From positions 12,118 through 76,117 of the forward strand of contig JAGOVG010000004.1 in NCBI GenBank assembly GCA_018060845.1: DNA of 64,000 nt, written 5' to 3'. A program made the position numbers and the translations under genes. Source of the DNA: Candidatus Woesebacteria bacterium. Its GTDB lineage: Bacteria > Patescibacteriota > Microgenomatia > UBA1400 > UBA12108. The notes under the pieces were generated by a model. The model ran no database searches. It saw only the letters and a list, made by a program, of their open reading frames with translations, and was not told the DNA's origin. The stretch's first letter is position 1. Each line of letters begins with the position of its first letter. Of the stretch, positions 1-13,353 are shown piece by piece.

Positions 1-27
1 GTAATTCCACCCGACGCATGCGAAACG

Positions 28-651
28 ATGTTTTGGATAGCTTATGCCAAACTACATCAAATGGAGTTATCATTAGATTTTCCTTATTGGAGCGAGCGCG
101 TGACTCCTAAAACATTTGGACCTCTTTACGATATGAGCGGTTTCATGAGGCATACACATGCCATAATTAGTGGAAAGGGTATAAGAGGCTTAATAAATAA
201 GCAAGACATACGACAACTAGAGCCAGCAGATATCGTATTTTTTGATGACAAAAAGGGGATGCCTCGTGACGCAGCTCCCGCGTTAGCCGTTCTTTGGGGT
301 GCTCTAGATGCAATCAGTACCTATCATGATGATAAATATGGTATACGTCGTGTAGAGTGGATGAAAGAACTACGAAAAGTTGGAGCAAAAGTAGAATACT
401 ATTATCAAGAAAATCCTGCCAGAGCGACAATTCATGGTAATAAAATGTATGGTTACAAACCTGTACATAGTCACGTTGTGTTAAATGGTACAGATATCCG
501 TTCTGCAGCGTCACTAGCTCTGGCCGCTTCAACATGCGAAACCCCAGTCGGAGTAACTGGTTTGAGTCATATTCTAAGATCATATACAAAGCTGCCCGAA
601 AAAATGAGCCAATTAGGAACGAAATTACACCACATAAGCAGTCAACAATAA
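28..651 (+). CDS. hypothetical protein; reading frame is open back to position 1, so may be 5'-truncated by the window edge
   Basis: 207-aa ORF with no recognisable motifs. Frame 1 has no stop between nt 1 and 28. Confidence 0.4.
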   Translation: MFWIAYAKLHQMELSLDFPYWSERVTPKTFGPLYDMSGFMRHTHAIISGKGIRGLINKQDIRQLEPADIVFFDDKKGMPRDAAPALAVLWGALDAISTYHDDKYGIRRVEWMKELRKVGAKVEYYYQENPARATIHGNKMYGYKPVHSHVVLNGTDIRSAASLALAASTCETPVGVTGLSHILRSYTKLPEKMSQLGTKLHHISSQQ

Positions 652-668
652 ATACTCCAAACCTATAG

Positions 669-2696
<2,028 letters not shown>

Positions 2697-2748
2697 TTAT
2701 TTCGTAGGGGCGGACCCCTGTGTCCGTCCGAATACACAAGGAGACCAT

Positions 2749-3252
2749 ATGTCAGATCAAAATCCAATGCAAATCAAAGTTTTTATCGAGATCCCAGAAA
2801 ACTCTCGCGTAAAGTACGAGCGAGACGAAGAAACCGGCATGCTCATGGCCGATCGCATCCTTCACACCCCCATGAACTTTCCTTTTAACTACGGTTTTGT
2901 CTTGGGGAGCAAGGGTCAGGATGGTGACCCAACCGACATCGTCCTCTTAGCCTCCGAGCAGTTTGCACCAGGTGTTGGCATCAAAGCACAGCTAATTGGC
3001 ATGCTCGAAATGGAAGACGAAGAGGGGATAGATACCAAACTAATCGCAGTCCCAGTCAAAAAAGTAGACCCCTTGTTTGGCAACTGGATGGATATCACCG
3101 ATGTCCCAGAGCACACCAAGAATAAAATCAAACACTTCTTTGATCACTACAAAGATCTAGAACCCGGCAAATTTGTCAAAACCGGCAAATTCTTAAGCGC
3201 CAAAGAGGCAGCAGCTATATTAGAAGAGGATATGAAAAGAGGAGAAAACTAA
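2749..3252 (+). CDS. ppa: inorganic pyrophosphatase
   Basis: Family I PPase signature (KVFIEIPENSRVKYE…DGDPTDIVLL). AAGGAG RBS 6 nt upstream. Confidence 0.9.
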   Translation: MSDQNPMQIKVFIEIPENSRVKYERDEETGMLMADRILHTPMNFPFNYGFVLGSKGQDGDPTDIVLLASEQFAPGVGIKAQLIGMLEMEDEEGIDTKLIAVPVKKVDPLFGNWMDITDVPEHTKNKIKHFFDHYKDLEPGKFVKTGKFLSAKEAAAILEEDMKRGEN

Positions 3253-6006
3253 GTGTCCGACGATAAGCTACTCAAACCACTAGATCTATCCGACGAGACT
3301 ACCGAGTCTTCGTCAGAACTAAGTGATTCTGCGCCGAGCTCTGACGCACCAGAATCAGCAGTCGTCATGCCAACTGGCACCAACATGACTGTCAATCACA
3401 ATCAGGTCTGGGAGATCGAGAACACTCAGTTTGGCCGGATTGCTAAAGTCCCAATCGTTGAAGAGATGAAAAAGAGTTATCTCGATTACGCTATGAGCGT
3501 TATCGTCTCTCGTGCGCTACCTGACGTACGTGATGGCCTAAAACCGGTCCATCGCCGTATCCTCTATGGCATGAAGGAGCTCTCGCTCCTCCCACCAGCC
3601 AAATACAAAAAATGTGCTCGTATCGTCGGTGAAGTCCTAGGTAAATATCACCCTCATGGCGATACAGCCGTCTACGACGCACTCGCTCGTTTGGCTCAAG
3701 ACTTCTCTATGCGCTACATGCTAGTCGATGGCCAGGGTAACTTTGGTAGTGTCGATGGTGACTCACCAGCCGCCATGCGTTATACCGAAGCTAGACTTGC
3801 CAAAATAACTGGCGAGATCCTCTTTGACCTCGATCGCGACACAGTCGATTGGGTCGACAACTTTGATGGCACTTTCCAGGAGCCGACAGTCATGCCAGCC
3901 CGCCTCCCCAACCTCCTCCTCATGGGTAGCGATGGTATTGCGGTCGGTATGGCTACCAAGATCCCGACTCACAACCTAAGCGAAGTTGTAGCCGCAATTA
4001 ATACATTAATCAAAAAAGGCGACGTCAAAACCGCCGACAACTCTCATCTCAACGATGATACTATCTCAACCGCACCATACCAGAGCCTGATTGGCGACTT
4101 TAGTTCCGAAGCTAATATTGATGATTTGATGGAGAGCGTCCAGGGTCCCGATTTCCCAACTGGTGGTGTCATCTATGATGCCGAGGCCATCCGCGAAGTC
4201 TACGCAACCGGTAAGGGTCGGGTAGTAACCCGCGCCGTTGCTGAGATCGAAGAGACCAAGAGTGGCCGTTTCCAGATCATAGTTACCGAGATCCCATACC
4301 AGGTCAACAAATCCAAACTAATCCAAAAAATAGCTGATCTCGTAAGAGACAAAAAGATTGAGGGGATTAGTGACCTCCGTGACGAATCAGATCGCGAGGG
4401 TATGCGTATAGTGATCGAGCTCAAAAAAGCCAGTAAGCCTAAGAGCGTCTTAAACAATCTCTACAAACACACCGAACTCCAAAACAGCTTCCCCGCCAAT
4501 ATGGTGGCGCTCGACGAGACCGGTACTCCCCACCTCATGAACCTCAAAACCATCCTCACTCACTATGTTAAGCATCGCCAGGGCGTGATAGTTCGTCGTT
4601 CCCAGTTTGAACTCAAAGAGAGTCGGGCACGCATCCACATCTTAGAGGGATACCTCAAAGCCCTAGATCATCTAGACGAAGTCATCAAAACTATTAGATC
4701 AAGTAAAGACACTGATGAAGCCAAAAAGAACCTGATCGAGAAGTTTGGCTTTAGCGAAATCCAAGCCGTTGCTATCCTCGATATGCAGTTGCGTAAGCTG
4801 AGCGCACTCGAGCGTCAAAAGATCCAGGATGAATACGACGAGCTAATGAAGAGGATCACGTTCCTCCTCGAACTACTGCGTAACCCACAGGCAGTCCTCA
4901 AAACAATTCTAGCCGAACTCAAAGAACTCGAGAGTATCTACGGCGATCCACGTAAAACCAAGGTCATCAAAGGCAAGCTAGGCGAATTTAGCGAAGAAGA
5001 TCTAGTCGCCAAAGAAGACAATCTGATCGCCATAACTCGTGACGGCTACGTCAAGCGTATGCCACTCTCGACCTATCGCACCCAGAGGCGCGGCGGCAAA
5101 GGCGTTGTCGGCATGACTACCAAAGAAGAGGATGAGATCCTACACATGAGTGTGGGTAACACTCACGATGTCGTCATGTTCTTTACAGATCTAGGCAAAG
5201 TCTACGCCAGTCGCGTATTCGAACTACCAGAGGGTAGTCGAACCGCCAAAGGTCAAGCTATTATCAACTTAATTAGCATTACTTCAGACGAAAAAGTCCT
5301 GGCGCTCTTAACAGTTCCCAAAGAAGTGCTAGAGAGTGATAAGAACTTTATTTTCTGTGCGACCAAAAATGGGCTAGTTAAAAAGACTCCGATTGTCGAA
5401 TATAGCAATATCAGAAACTCCGGCAAGATCGGGATCGTCCTCAAAGACAACGACAGTCTCATCAAAGCCCAGGTCACAGACGGTAGTAATTACATCCTCT
5501 TGGTCACCCACCAGGGCAAATCAATCAAATTTAAAGAAGCCGATGTCAACCCAACCGGTCGTGCCAGTCAGGGTGTCAAAGGGATCTCACTCAAAAAAGA
5601 TGATGCCGTGATCGCCGCCTCAACATTTGAGATAAATCCTGTGAGGCCTGATGACAAGAGGAAGAAGTTCTTCCGCGAGATCTTGGTTGTCACCGAACAC
5701 GGGTTAGGCAAAAGGACCGACGTCGAGGAATATCCAGAGCAGGGTAGGGGAGGCCAAGGGGTCAAGGTAGCTGAGCTATCAGACAAAACCGGCAACCTTG
5801 CAGCAGCCAGATTGATCACCGAAGCCGATGAGCAAGCAGTGATCACCACCAAAGCCGCCCAGGTCATCAAGCTACCAATCAAGAACATCAAAGTACTTGG
5901 TCGCTCAACTCAGGGTGTCATCCTCATGCGACCCGCCAAAGGCGATGTTGTAACCTCCGTCACCACACTGCAAGAGTCCGAAGACGAAGAAGACTCGTTA
6001 GCCTGA
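3253..6006 (+). CDS. gyrA: DNA gyrase subunit A
   Basis: GTG start abutting the ppa stop. Conserved [23 protein letters not shown], active-site region and C-terminal beta-pinwheel repeats; 917 aa. Confidence 0.95.
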   Translation: MSDDKLLKPLDLSDETTESSSELSDSAPSSDAPESAVVMPTGTNMTVNHNQVWEIENTQFGRIAKVPIVEEMKKSYLDYAMSVIVSRALPDVRDGLKPVHRRILYGMKELSLLPPAKYKKCARIVGEVLGKYHPHGDTAVYDALARLAQDFSMRYMLVDGQGNFGSVDGDSPAAMRYTEARLAKITGEILFDLDRDTVDWVDNFDGTFQEPTVMPARLPNLLLMGSDGIAVGMATKIPTHNLSEVVAAINTLIKKGDVKTADNSHLNDDTISTAPYQSLIGDFSSEANIDDLMESVQGPDFPTGGVIYDAEAIREVYATGKGRVVTRAVAEIEETKSGRFQIIVTEIPYQVNKSKLIQKIADLVRDKKIEGISDLRDESDREGMRIVIELKKASKPKSVLNNLYKHTELQNSFPANMVALDETGTPHLMNLKTILTHYVKHRQGVIVRRSQFELKESRARIHILEGYLKALDHLDEVIKTIRSSKDTDEAKKNLIEKFGFSEIQAVAILDMQLRKLSALERQKIQDEYDELMKRITFLLELLRNPQAVLKTILAELKELESIYGDPRKTKVIKGKLGEFSEEDLVAKEDNLIAITRDGYVKRMPLSTYRTQRRGGKGVVGMTTKEEDEILHMSVGNTHDVVMFFTDLGKVYASRVFELPEGSRTAKGQAIINLISITSDEKVLALLTVPKEVLESDKNFIFCATKNGLVKKTPIVEYSNIRNSGKIGIVLKDNDSLIKAQVTDGSNYILLVTHQGKSIKFKEADVNPTGRASQGVKGISLKKDDAVIAASTFEINPVRPDDKRKKFFREILVVTEHGLGKRTDVEEYPEQGRGGQGVKVAELSDKTGNLAAARLITEADEQAVITTKAAQVIKLPIKNIKVLGRSTQGVILMRPAKGDVVTSVTTLQESEDEEDSLA

Positions 6007-6058
6007 TACATACTACAACCACATATACAGCTACATCTCATAGTTTTATGATACGTAC

Positions 6059-6697
6059 ATGACGTATAGTCGTATTGATACTGCCCGTACCTACGAAACA
6101 GCCATCAAGATCATACCCGAAGTAACAGTAGAGCACGGAATATATTTCCTACAATCCACTCTCGCAAGATTAATCGCAACGCTAGGTGAAGTCTCGATTG
6201 TACCCATCGAGAGTGGGGGACATCTGCTCGGCGAAAAACTCGCCGAGACATCGAGGATGCAACTTAATTCTATGCGCATGTCACACACCGAAAAGGGCAA
6301 ATATCTCCCAGAAGCCAAGCATATCTATGGTCCTAATATGGATCAAATAATAGTACAGGGCAAAGTACTTCCCGTCGTTCTTGTCGATTGTGTAGTCGAG
6401 AGCCAGGCATCTATTTTAGGTGCAGTAGCGCACATTAATAGGGAAGTATCAGAACGTGGCCATGCTCCTCCCTTAATCCACACACTAGCTTTGATCTCTA
6501 AGATTTCGAAAGACTCTCAACGTCAAGTCCCTAATCTTGTCTACTCGTTTACGGTACCCACACCAATCTGGGTTCATGGGATTGGGTGTGATGAGAGAAA
6601 TGAATCAGATAGACTTAAGCCTGCAATCTGGGGTAGATTGCGAGATGGATATGATGACGTCTTGCCTAATCCTCCATATTTCGTAAAAAGTTTCTAG
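6059..6697 (+). CDS. phosphoribosyltransferase-like protein (type I PRTase fold, degenerate PRPP motif)
   Basis: IVPIESGGHLLGEKLAE and GKVLPVVLVDCVVESQASILGA resemble the PRTase PRPP-binding loop, but the acidic dyad is replaced. Confidence 0.4.
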   Translation: MTYSRIDTARTYETAIKIIPEVTVEHGIYFLQSTLARLIATLGEVSIVPIESGGHLLGEKLAETSRMQLNSMRMSHTEKGKYLPEAKHIYGPNMDQIIVQGKVLPVVLVDCVVESQASILGAVAHINREVSERGHAPPLIHTLALISKISKDSQRQVPNLVYSFTVPTPIWVHGIGCDERNESDRLKPAIWGRLRDGYDDVLPNPPYFVKSF

Positions 6698-6729
6698 CCC
6701 AATCCTGATCGATCTGTTAAGATTTTAGA

Positions 6730-7002
6730 ATGACATTACTAAGCTTTCACATCATAACAGCATTACTAACTCTAACTCTCTGCGCGCTCATCTGGGTCAG
6801 GCCTATATCCAAATTATTTACCCCGCTACTAATATCTTCTCTCGTTTCGATCATAACTGGCATCATGGTCTCACTAGACTCCCCAATCCTCACCACCTGT
6901 GCCAAGCTCGGTGTTTACTCATTAGTCATCACCGCTTCGCTCTATAAACTAAAATCCAACCAGGCTACTTCTTCGCTAGATGCTCATCAAAGAACTCAAT
7001 AG
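6730..7002 (+). CDS. small hydrophobic membrane protein, hypothetical
   Basis: 90 aa with 2-3 predicted TM helices. Overlaps the 3' end of the downstream minus-strand gene. Confidence 0.3.
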   Translation: MTLLSFHIITALLTLTLCALIWVRPISKLFTPLLISSLVSIITGIMVSLDSPILTTCAKLGVYSLVITASLYKLKSNQATSSLDAHQRTQ

Positions 7003-8023
7003 TCCTATTCATCGCTACACCAAAATTCTGTGAGATATTATGATCATCTCCAGGGTATTCATAAAGCTCGACCTGTTTATTAACTGTAGTCATCTTTTCT
7101 TTTAGGGTGCGCGAAAAAGCAATTGGCACCGAGGTATCCGCTGTCCCATGATGGAGCTCTAGCGGTCCAGAGATATCGCCGAGGCACGAGGTGGCCGAGA
7201 TGCTATTCCAAAACTCAGGATTTTGCTCTGGTGTGCCATACTTCTCCTGTAGTAGGTTGCGCCACCGCCTACCAGGATAACTAGGCGAGGGTAGGGGACT
7301 GCTACTTGTTCGCCGCCAGTTGTTTAGCAGATCAGGGTAAGACGCCACCACTCCTGCCCAGATAACACCTGCCTTAACATCATTTGAGCTAACCATAGTC
7401 CGTAGAGTAATATGTCCTCCCATCGAGTGTCCCCACATACCTATCCGCTCAGGGTCCACCCCAGGGTACTTTTTCATACTTGCAACTAGCTGCCTCACAT
7501 CTCGCACATACCCATCCGACCCATATCCTCCCTCAGCAGACCCCTCGCTGCTACCATGCCCACGATAATCAGATTTGACTACTATATATCCGGCTAACAC
7601 TAACCGGTCAAAATATGCCACATACTTTTCGTTGGTACGATAAATCTTTGGATCAATATAGCCGTGGTTAAAGATGATGACTGGCCACCCACCATCAGGA
7701 GTTACACCTTTTGGCACGCCTAGTAACGCATTAATTTTGTACCCATCAGATAAATACGACACTATAGATTTTTGATATCGACTCTCGCCAGTTATTATTT
7801 CAACACTCTTTATCTCACCAGGGTCAAACTCAGTCTTTTTTAATGCTTCTATCGAGAGCATAGACCCCGCACTATCAATCTGCATCTCACCCATCTCTAA
7901 CTCAGCTCTCTCATCTGTTTGTAGTGGGTTATTCAGCGTACTATCTGCCTTATTCAGAGAGTAAAAATATAGTCCTACTAGAACAAGGGTAATCACTAAA
8001 AATGGTTGTAAATACTTTCTCAT
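6965..8023 (-). CDS. secreted or membrane-anchored alpha/beta hydrolase (S9 / dienelactone-hydrolase-like)
   Basis: N-terminal TM/signal segment. GHSMGG nucleophile elbow and C-terminal DH motif. Paralog of 48064..49155. Confidence 0.6.
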   Translation of the reverse strand: MRKYLQPFLVITLVLVGLYFYSLNKADSTLNNPLQTDERAELEMGEMQIDSAGSMLSIEALKKTEFDPGEIKSVEIITGESRYQKSIVSYLSDGYKINALLGVPKGVTPDGGWPVIIFNHGYIDPKIYRTNEKYVAYFDRLVLAGYIVVKSDYRGHGSSEGSAEGGYGSDGYVRDVRQLVASMKKYPGVDPERIGMWGHSMGGHITLRTMVSSNDVKAGVIWAGVVASYPDLLNNWRRTSSSPLPSPSYPGRRWRNLLQEKYGTPEQNPEFWNSISATSCLGDISGPLELHHGTADTSVPIAFSRTLKEKMTTVNKQVELYEYPGDDHNISQNFGVAMNRTIEFFDEHLAKK

Positions 8024-8046
8024 ACTAACTAGTATATAGTAAAGCC

Positions 8047-9213
8047 ATGATCCGCAAAGTAATCCCTCTAATAATTCTCACGCTCTCACTAGGTTATTAC
8101 GCATGGTCTAAACTCCCATATTCTCAGGATCATACTACTCCACCGACTAGTCTCCAAAATGACAGGGCAGGGGACACCAACCAAAAACCAGAGGGCATCC
8201 AAGGTCTAACCACTCCAGATGGTTTCGTGATCTCCTACTTTGCCAAAGATGTAGCAGGAGCACGCTCCATGACAAGCAACGCCGACGGGACCATCATCTA
8301 CGTAGGTACTAGGCATAATTCTCTTTATGCATTAGTTGACCAAAACAAGGATGGGATTAGTGAAAAGATAGTCACAATTAGCAGTAGCCTAGACACCCCA
8401 AACGGCGTGGCTTACAAAGACGGCGACCTTTATGTAGCTGAGGTTAGCCGGATCATTAGATTCAAAGATATAGATAATAACTTTGATCAAAATCCCAGCT
8501 ACGAAGTCGTTTATGATCAGTTACCCAAGGACAAGCATCATGGGTGGAAATACATAGCCTTTGGGCCTGACGGACTACTCTACATCCCGATTGGTGCACC
8601 ATGCAACGTCTGTGAAGATCGGGGGATTTACTCGCGGATACTTACACTTAATATCGAGACTAGCGTAGTAAAAACATTTGCAACAGGCATCAGAAATACT
8701 GTGGGCTTTGACTGGTCGCCTATCGATAATACCCTCTACTTTACTGACAATGGCCGCGACTTGTTGGGTGATGACTTACCTCCCGATGAGCTCAATCATG
8801 CACCAAGCACTGGACTCGATTTTGGCTTCCCTCGCTGCCACGGGAATAATGTGCTGGATCCTCAATTTGGCACTACAGACAGCTGTCCGACCCACACCAA
8901 GCCGGTTATCGAACTGGGTCCACATGTAGCCGCTCTTGGGATGAAATTCTATCGTGGAGATATGTTCCCAGCCGAGTACAATAATCAGACCCTGATAGCC
9001 GAACATGGATCCTGGAATAGACGCGATCCAATCGGTTACAAAGTATCTCTGGTTAATCCAGATAAGCGTAGCTACACTGACTTAGTCTCAGGCTGGCTAG
9101 TTGCGGGCGAGTCTTGGGGTAGGCCAGTCGATATCCTAGAGCTCCCAGATGGATCTGTCTTAATTAGCGATGACCTAAACGATGCGATCTACCGACTCGC
9201 ATACTATCCGTAA
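8047..9213 (+). CDS. PQQ-dependent sugar dehydrogenase-like beta-propeller protein (SGDH / sorbosone dehydrogenase family)
   Basis: N-terminal signal/TM. Motifs typical of soluble quinoprotein glucose/sorbosone dehydrogenases (…PDGFVISYFAKDVAGARSMT…, repeated propeller blades). Confidence 0.65.
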   Translation: MIRKVIPLIILTLSLGYYAWSKLPYSQDHTTPPTSLQNDRAGDTNQKPEGIQGLTTPDGFVISYFAKDVAGARSMTSNADGTIIYVGTRHNSLYALVDQNKDGISEKIVTISSSLDTPNGVAYKDGDLYVAEVSRIIRFKDIDNNFDQNPSYEVVYDQLPKDKHHGWKYIAFGPDGLLYIPIGAPCNVCEDRGIYSRILTLNIETSVVKTFATGIRNTVGFDWSPIDNTLYFTDNGRDLLGDDLPPDELNHAPSTGLDFGFPRCHGNNVLDPQFGTTDSCPTHTKPVIELGPHVAALGMKFYRGDMFPAEYNNQTLIAEHGSWNRRDPIGYKVSLVNPDKRSYTDLVSGWLVAGESWGRPVDILELPDGSVLISDDLNDAIYRLAYYP

Positions 9214-9292
9214 GATTTTTGATCTTTTATAATTAATCTCAAATATTTCTCAATAAATTTGACTTATCAACTCATAGTTGTATTATTAGACT

Positions 9293-10429
9293 ATGTCGCT
9301 GAATACTTACAAGGTTCTTAACGAGATAACGATCAACAAGCAAGCTCTTACCAACAACTACCGGTATTTTGTGTCTGAAAATCCGCAAGCCAAGGTGGCA
9401 GTGGTAGCCAAAGCTAACGCATACGGACACGGTTTGGAGGAGATAGCTAGATTTTTAGATACAAATATCCATCCGCCATTCATTTGTGTGGACTCACTCT
9501 ATGAGGCGTACGAACTGTTAAAACTCGGGATCAAAAACCAAATACTCATAATGGGTTACACCAATCCAGAAAATTATGCAGTCTGGAAAAAACTCCCTTT
9601 TAGTTTTTCTGTTTTTGATAAAGAGACGCTAATTGCTCTCAACAAGCATCAGCCCGGCGCCAAAATTCACATCAAGTTAGATACAGGCATGTGTCGACTC
9701 GGCTTACAACCAGAAGAATTGCCAGAGCTTATTAAAACCCTAAAAACATGTAATAATCTAGTCGTAGAAGGCGTTTTTTCGCATTTCTCTCAGGCCGACA
9801 ACCCAAGTAAAATTACTTTTACCAAACGTCAGATAGCCAGGTTCAAGATGATGGCAGGAGAACTAGAAGCAGAGGGATTTGAGTTCAAATGGAAGCATAT
9901 TGCAGCTTCCTCTGGCTCTAGTTTTTTGCGTGACCCCTACTTCAACCTCATCCGCTTAGGACTCGGTTTTTACGGATATACACCTTTTGGTCCTCACACC
10001 AAAGAGGGGAGACATGGACGTAAAAATCTAAAACCTGCCCTAAAATTAACAACTCATATAGCACAAATCAAGAATGTTTCTCTAGGTTCAGAAGTTGGCT
10101 ATAGTGGGACCTATCGCACAAAACAAAAAGAAGTTTTAGCGATCATTCCTCTAGGATACAACGAAGGCCTAACCAGACGGCTGTCTAACAAAGGATCAGT
10201 TACTCTGGTTGATAATAGTGTTTGCCAAATAGTAGGTAACATCTCTATGGATATGACTACACTACGCCTCCCTCGAGGATCAAAAGCCAAAGTTGGTGAT
10301 GAAGTAGTAGTAATATCAGATATCCCAAGTGACCTCAACTCTCTTTCTCACCATTGCCAAATAATTAAAGATCTAGAATATTCGCTACTTACTGGACTAC
10401 ACCCCAGTATCAGAAGGAGATTGGTTTAA
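9293..10429 (+). CDS. alr: alanine racemase
   Basis: PLP-binding motif VVAKANAYGHG and alanine racemase C-terminal domain; 378 aa. Immediately upstream of ddl. Confidence 0.85.
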   Translation: MSLNTYKVLNEITINKQALTNNYRYFVSENPQAKVAVVAKANAYGHGLEEIARFLDTNIHPPFICVDSLYEAYELLKLGIKNQILIMGYTNPENYAVWKKLPFSFSVFDKETLIALNKHQPGAKIHIKLDTGMCRLGLQPEELPELIKTLKTCNNLVVEGVFSHFSQADNPSKITFTKRQIARFKMMAGELEAEGFEFKWKHIAASSGSSFLRDPYFNLIRLGLGFYGYTPFGPHTKEGRHGRKNLKPALKLTTHIAQIKNVSLGSEVGYSGTYRTKQKEVLAIIPLGYNEGLTRRLSNKGSVTLVDNSVCQIVGNISMDMTTLRLPRGSKAKVGDEVVVISDIPSDLNSLSHHCQIIKDLEYSLLTGLHPSIRRRLV

Positions 10430-10430
10430 T

Positions 10431-11609
10431 ATGTCCAAACTTAAGATCGTATTCATGTATGGTGGTCGTAGCCCTGAACACGAGGTCAGCATTATTACTG
10501 CAGTTCAAGCCATGGCTAGTCTACCCAAAGAATACGAGGCGATCCCCGTCTATGTTAGTAAGGATGGCAAACTCTTAACAGGGGACCATTTCAAGTCGAT
10601 TGATAGCTATCAAAACATGCCGCTCCTTGAAAAAATGGCCCAAGCCATTGCCTTGCCCAACTCACCACAAAGTATTGCACTAACGCCACTGACTACATCT
10701 TTTTTTAACAAATCACAAAAACCTTTTGATGTAATATTCCCATGTTTTCATGGTGGGGTAGGGGAGGGAGGTTGGATCCAGGGACTAGCAGAGTTTTATG
10801 GCATACCAATGGTCGGAACTGGCTTAACTGGTGCTGCGCTCGGCATGGACAAGGTGGCGATGAAAACCGCATTCGACGGCGCCGATATTAACCAGGCACC
10901 TTACATCTGGTTTTACAGTCACGACTGGTATGCCAAGCAGGCGACCTTTACAACTACTATCGAAAACTGTCTTAAGTATCCCATCTTCGTCAAACCTAGT
11001 CGTGGCGGCTCCTCAATCGGCACTACCTGTGCCAAAAACCGGGTAGAGCTCATCCGTGCCATAGAATTAGCTGCTGCCATGGACACACGCATTGTGGTCG
11101 AGGAGGGGATAGTGGGGGCTCGGGAGATCAATATCTCAGTTATGGGCAATGCTGGTCACGAACTCAAAGTATCAGCGTGCGAAGAAGTTTTTCACGAGGG
11201 CTCCGATTTCCTCGATTTCAAAGATAAATATCTCGCATCAGGCAAGACCGAGGGCATGGCCGCAGCCGATCGGATGATTCCTGCAAATATCCCCAAATCA
11301 GTAACTGACAAAATAGCAACAACAGCCAAACTAGTCTTTAACCTCCTTGATTGTGCTGGTCTGGTCAGGCTAGATTTCCTAATCAAAGGCAAAGATGTTT
11401 ACTGCATCGAGATTAACACCATCCCCGGCTGTCTTAGTTTTTTCCTCTGGGATAAGGTGGGTTACCCTTATCCAAAACTCCTAGATCATCTCATTAAGCT
11501 CGCTCTATCCAAACACGAAGAGAAAAAACTACTCAAGACCGACTTTGCCTCACCAATACTCGAAAACATAAGTCAGGGCGGCAAACTAGGCAAGAAGTTA
11601 TCTAACTAA
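10431..11609 (+). CDS. ddl: D-alanine--D-alanine ligase
   Basis: KIVFMYGGRSPEHEVSI N-terminus and ATP-grasp C-terminal region. Start 2 nt after the alr stop. Confidence 0.9.
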   Translation: MSKLKIVFMYGGRSPEHEVSIITAVQAMASLPKEYEAIPVYVSKDGKLLTGDHFKSIDSYQNMPLLEKMAQAIALPNSPQSIALTPLTTSFFNKSQKPFDVIFPCFHGGVGEGGWIQGLAEFYGIPMVGTGLTGAALGMDKVAMKTAFDGADINQAPYIWFYSHDWYAKQATFTTTIENCLKYPIFVKPSRGGSSIGTTCAKNRVELIRAIELAAAMDTRIVVEEGIVGAREINISVMGNAGHELKVSACEEVFHEGSDFLDFKDKYLASGKTEGMAAADRMIPANIPKSVTDKIATTAKLVFNLLDCAGLVRLDFLIKGKDVYCIEINTIPGCLSFFLWDKVGYPYPKLLDHLIKLALSKHEEKKLLKTDFASPILENISQGGKLGKKLSN

Positions 11610-12598
11610 AGACCTTCGGGGATATCATTCTCGATTAAGACTAGCGGCTCTTTCTTAAGCTTTAGTCCTTTGACTAACGCTACAAACTCCAGAGTCTTAT
11701 CTATTTTTAAGACTTTAACTCTGCCATTTATCGCAACATGCAGCGATCTAGTCCTATCATTATCACCAACCAAGATAGCATAATCTACATTTTCTGCGAT
11801 TACTCTGCCTAGTTCTGTATGTATCTTATCGCTTTCATCCCCCAGCTCTAGTAGCCCTGGTGTCACGATTATTCTCGAATACTTTTTTTGTTTACCTAGA
11901 TGCTTGACCGCTTCCTGCATGCTCTTTTCATTACTGTTGTAACTATCATCAATTACTCGCATACCATAGCGATTTGTCGTAATTTCAAACCTAGATGGGA
12001 CAGCGCGAAAGAGCTTTTCAGACTTCTTAATCTCACTCTCGCTCATCCCTAGTGCTCGCGCAATATCTTTAGCTGCTGCTTTATTTATCTCCTCTCTCGT
12101 CTCACCCTCATACCAGCTAGCATGCGTAACTAACTCTCGTACTGTCTCATCACTTCCATTAGCAACTAGCACCCCGCCAAATTTTGCGATGTATCTCGCA
12201 AGCTCAGTCTTGGCTATTTTTATTTGATCCCATCCTCCAAAGCGAGTTAAGTGTTGCCTGGCAATACCCGTAATTACTCCTACATCAGGCTTTATCCAGC
12301 CCGCAAATCTAGATATTTCTCCCACATGATACGCTCCCACTTCGAGGATCAACACTTCGGTATTATCCATCACTTCATGTCTGAGAGTCTTGGTTATCCC
12401 AACAGCAGTATTGTAATTGCGGCCAGTTAAAACAGTTCGATATTTACGACGCACTAGGTCATAGGTCAGATCTTTGACCGATGTTTTGCCATAGCTACCC
12501 GTAACCATAATCACCTTGGTCCCACGAGCATGTAACTTTTTCATCTCATGCTTGATCCACAAGCCATATAGATAATCTCTTATATCTCTCAGATCCAT
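11606..12598 (-). CDS. murF: Mur ligase family protein, MurF-like (lacks the usual N-terminal domain)
   Basis: Mur ligase P-loop VTGSYGKTS and central/C-terminal Mur ligase domains. Only 330 aa. Convergent with ddl. Confidence 0.55.
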   Translation of the reverse strand: MDLRDIRDYLYGLWIKHEMKKLHARGTKVIMVTGSYGKTSVKDLTYDLVRRKYRTVLTGRNYNTAVGITKTLRHEVMDNTEVLILEVGAYHVGEISRFAGWIKPDVGVITGIARQHLTRFGGWDQIKIAKTELARYIAKFGGVLVANGSDETVRELVTHASWYEGETREEINKAAAKDIARALGMSESEIKKSEKLFRAVPSRFEITTNRYGMRVIDDSYNSNEKSMQEAVKHLGKQKKYSRIIVTPGLLELGDESDKIHTELGRVIAENVDYAILVGDNDRTRSLHVAINGRVKVLKIDKTLEFVALVKGLKLKKEPLVLIENDIPEGL

Positions 12599-13353
12599 AC
12601 TTCCTCCACTATTCGCGATAAGTCACGAAAATGAGTCAGGTGCGGATCGTGTCCTGCCTCCCAAACCACCCTCGCTCTCGCATTCGACAAATGTTTTTTA
12701 TATATCGAGAGTAAGCCTAAGGGGAGGATTGGATCTCGCTCACCCCAGACTACGAGTGTCGAGGATTTAACCTTTGGTAGCTCGTTTGTTAAGTCATACT
12801 TAACCACGGCTTTATACAGGTCCCTGAGTTTAATGTTCTGTCCATCAACATCGCTCACACTTTTCGAAAGAATGTCACGTATTTTCCTTGGCATCAATCT
12901 CGTGATAGTGCGTAGTGGACGCAGAATTATCCGCCTCAATGTCATCGGCTTAACAGCCGCCGGTGCGATCAAGACTAAGCTCTCAACCAGCTCTGGATAC
13001 TTAGCACCCAGCACTACCCCCATCCGTCCACCGAGAGAGTGGCCGACGACACTAGCCTGTTTAATATCGAGATACTTCATCCAGGCAACTAATACTTTTG
13101 TGTAATCATAGATATTAGTAATATTTTGATACATTCCAGTCCCACCAAACCCTGGTAGATCGGGGATCAACACTGTTCTCCCAGTCTTTTCATGTAGGTA
13201 TTTACCCATTATCTCCCACTCAGCGCCGCTGCGTCCCCAGCCATGCAAGATTACAATCGGGACACCGCTACCTTTAATCTCTCGATAATTCCATATCACG
13301 CGATCAACAGCTACTTGCGCCATCAGCTCATTATACAGATTCATATTCGACAA
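12589..13353 (-). CDS. alpha/beta-fold hydrolase
   Basis: HGWGRSG … GHSLGG nucleophile elbow. Overlaps the murF-like start by 10 nt (operon). Confidence 0.6.
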   Translation of the reverse strand: MSNMNLYNELMAQVAVDRVIWNYREIKGSGVPIVILHGWGRSGAEWEIMGKYLHEKTGRTVLIPDLPGFGGTGMYQNITNIYDYTKVLVAWMKYLDIKQASVVGHSLGGRMGVVLGAKYPELVESLVLIAPAAVKPMTLRRIILRPLRTITRLMPRKIRDILSKSVSDVDGQNIKLRDLYKAVVKYDLTNELPKVKSSTLVVWGERDPILPLGLLSIYKKHLSNARARVVWEAGHDPHLTHFRDLSRIVEEVWI

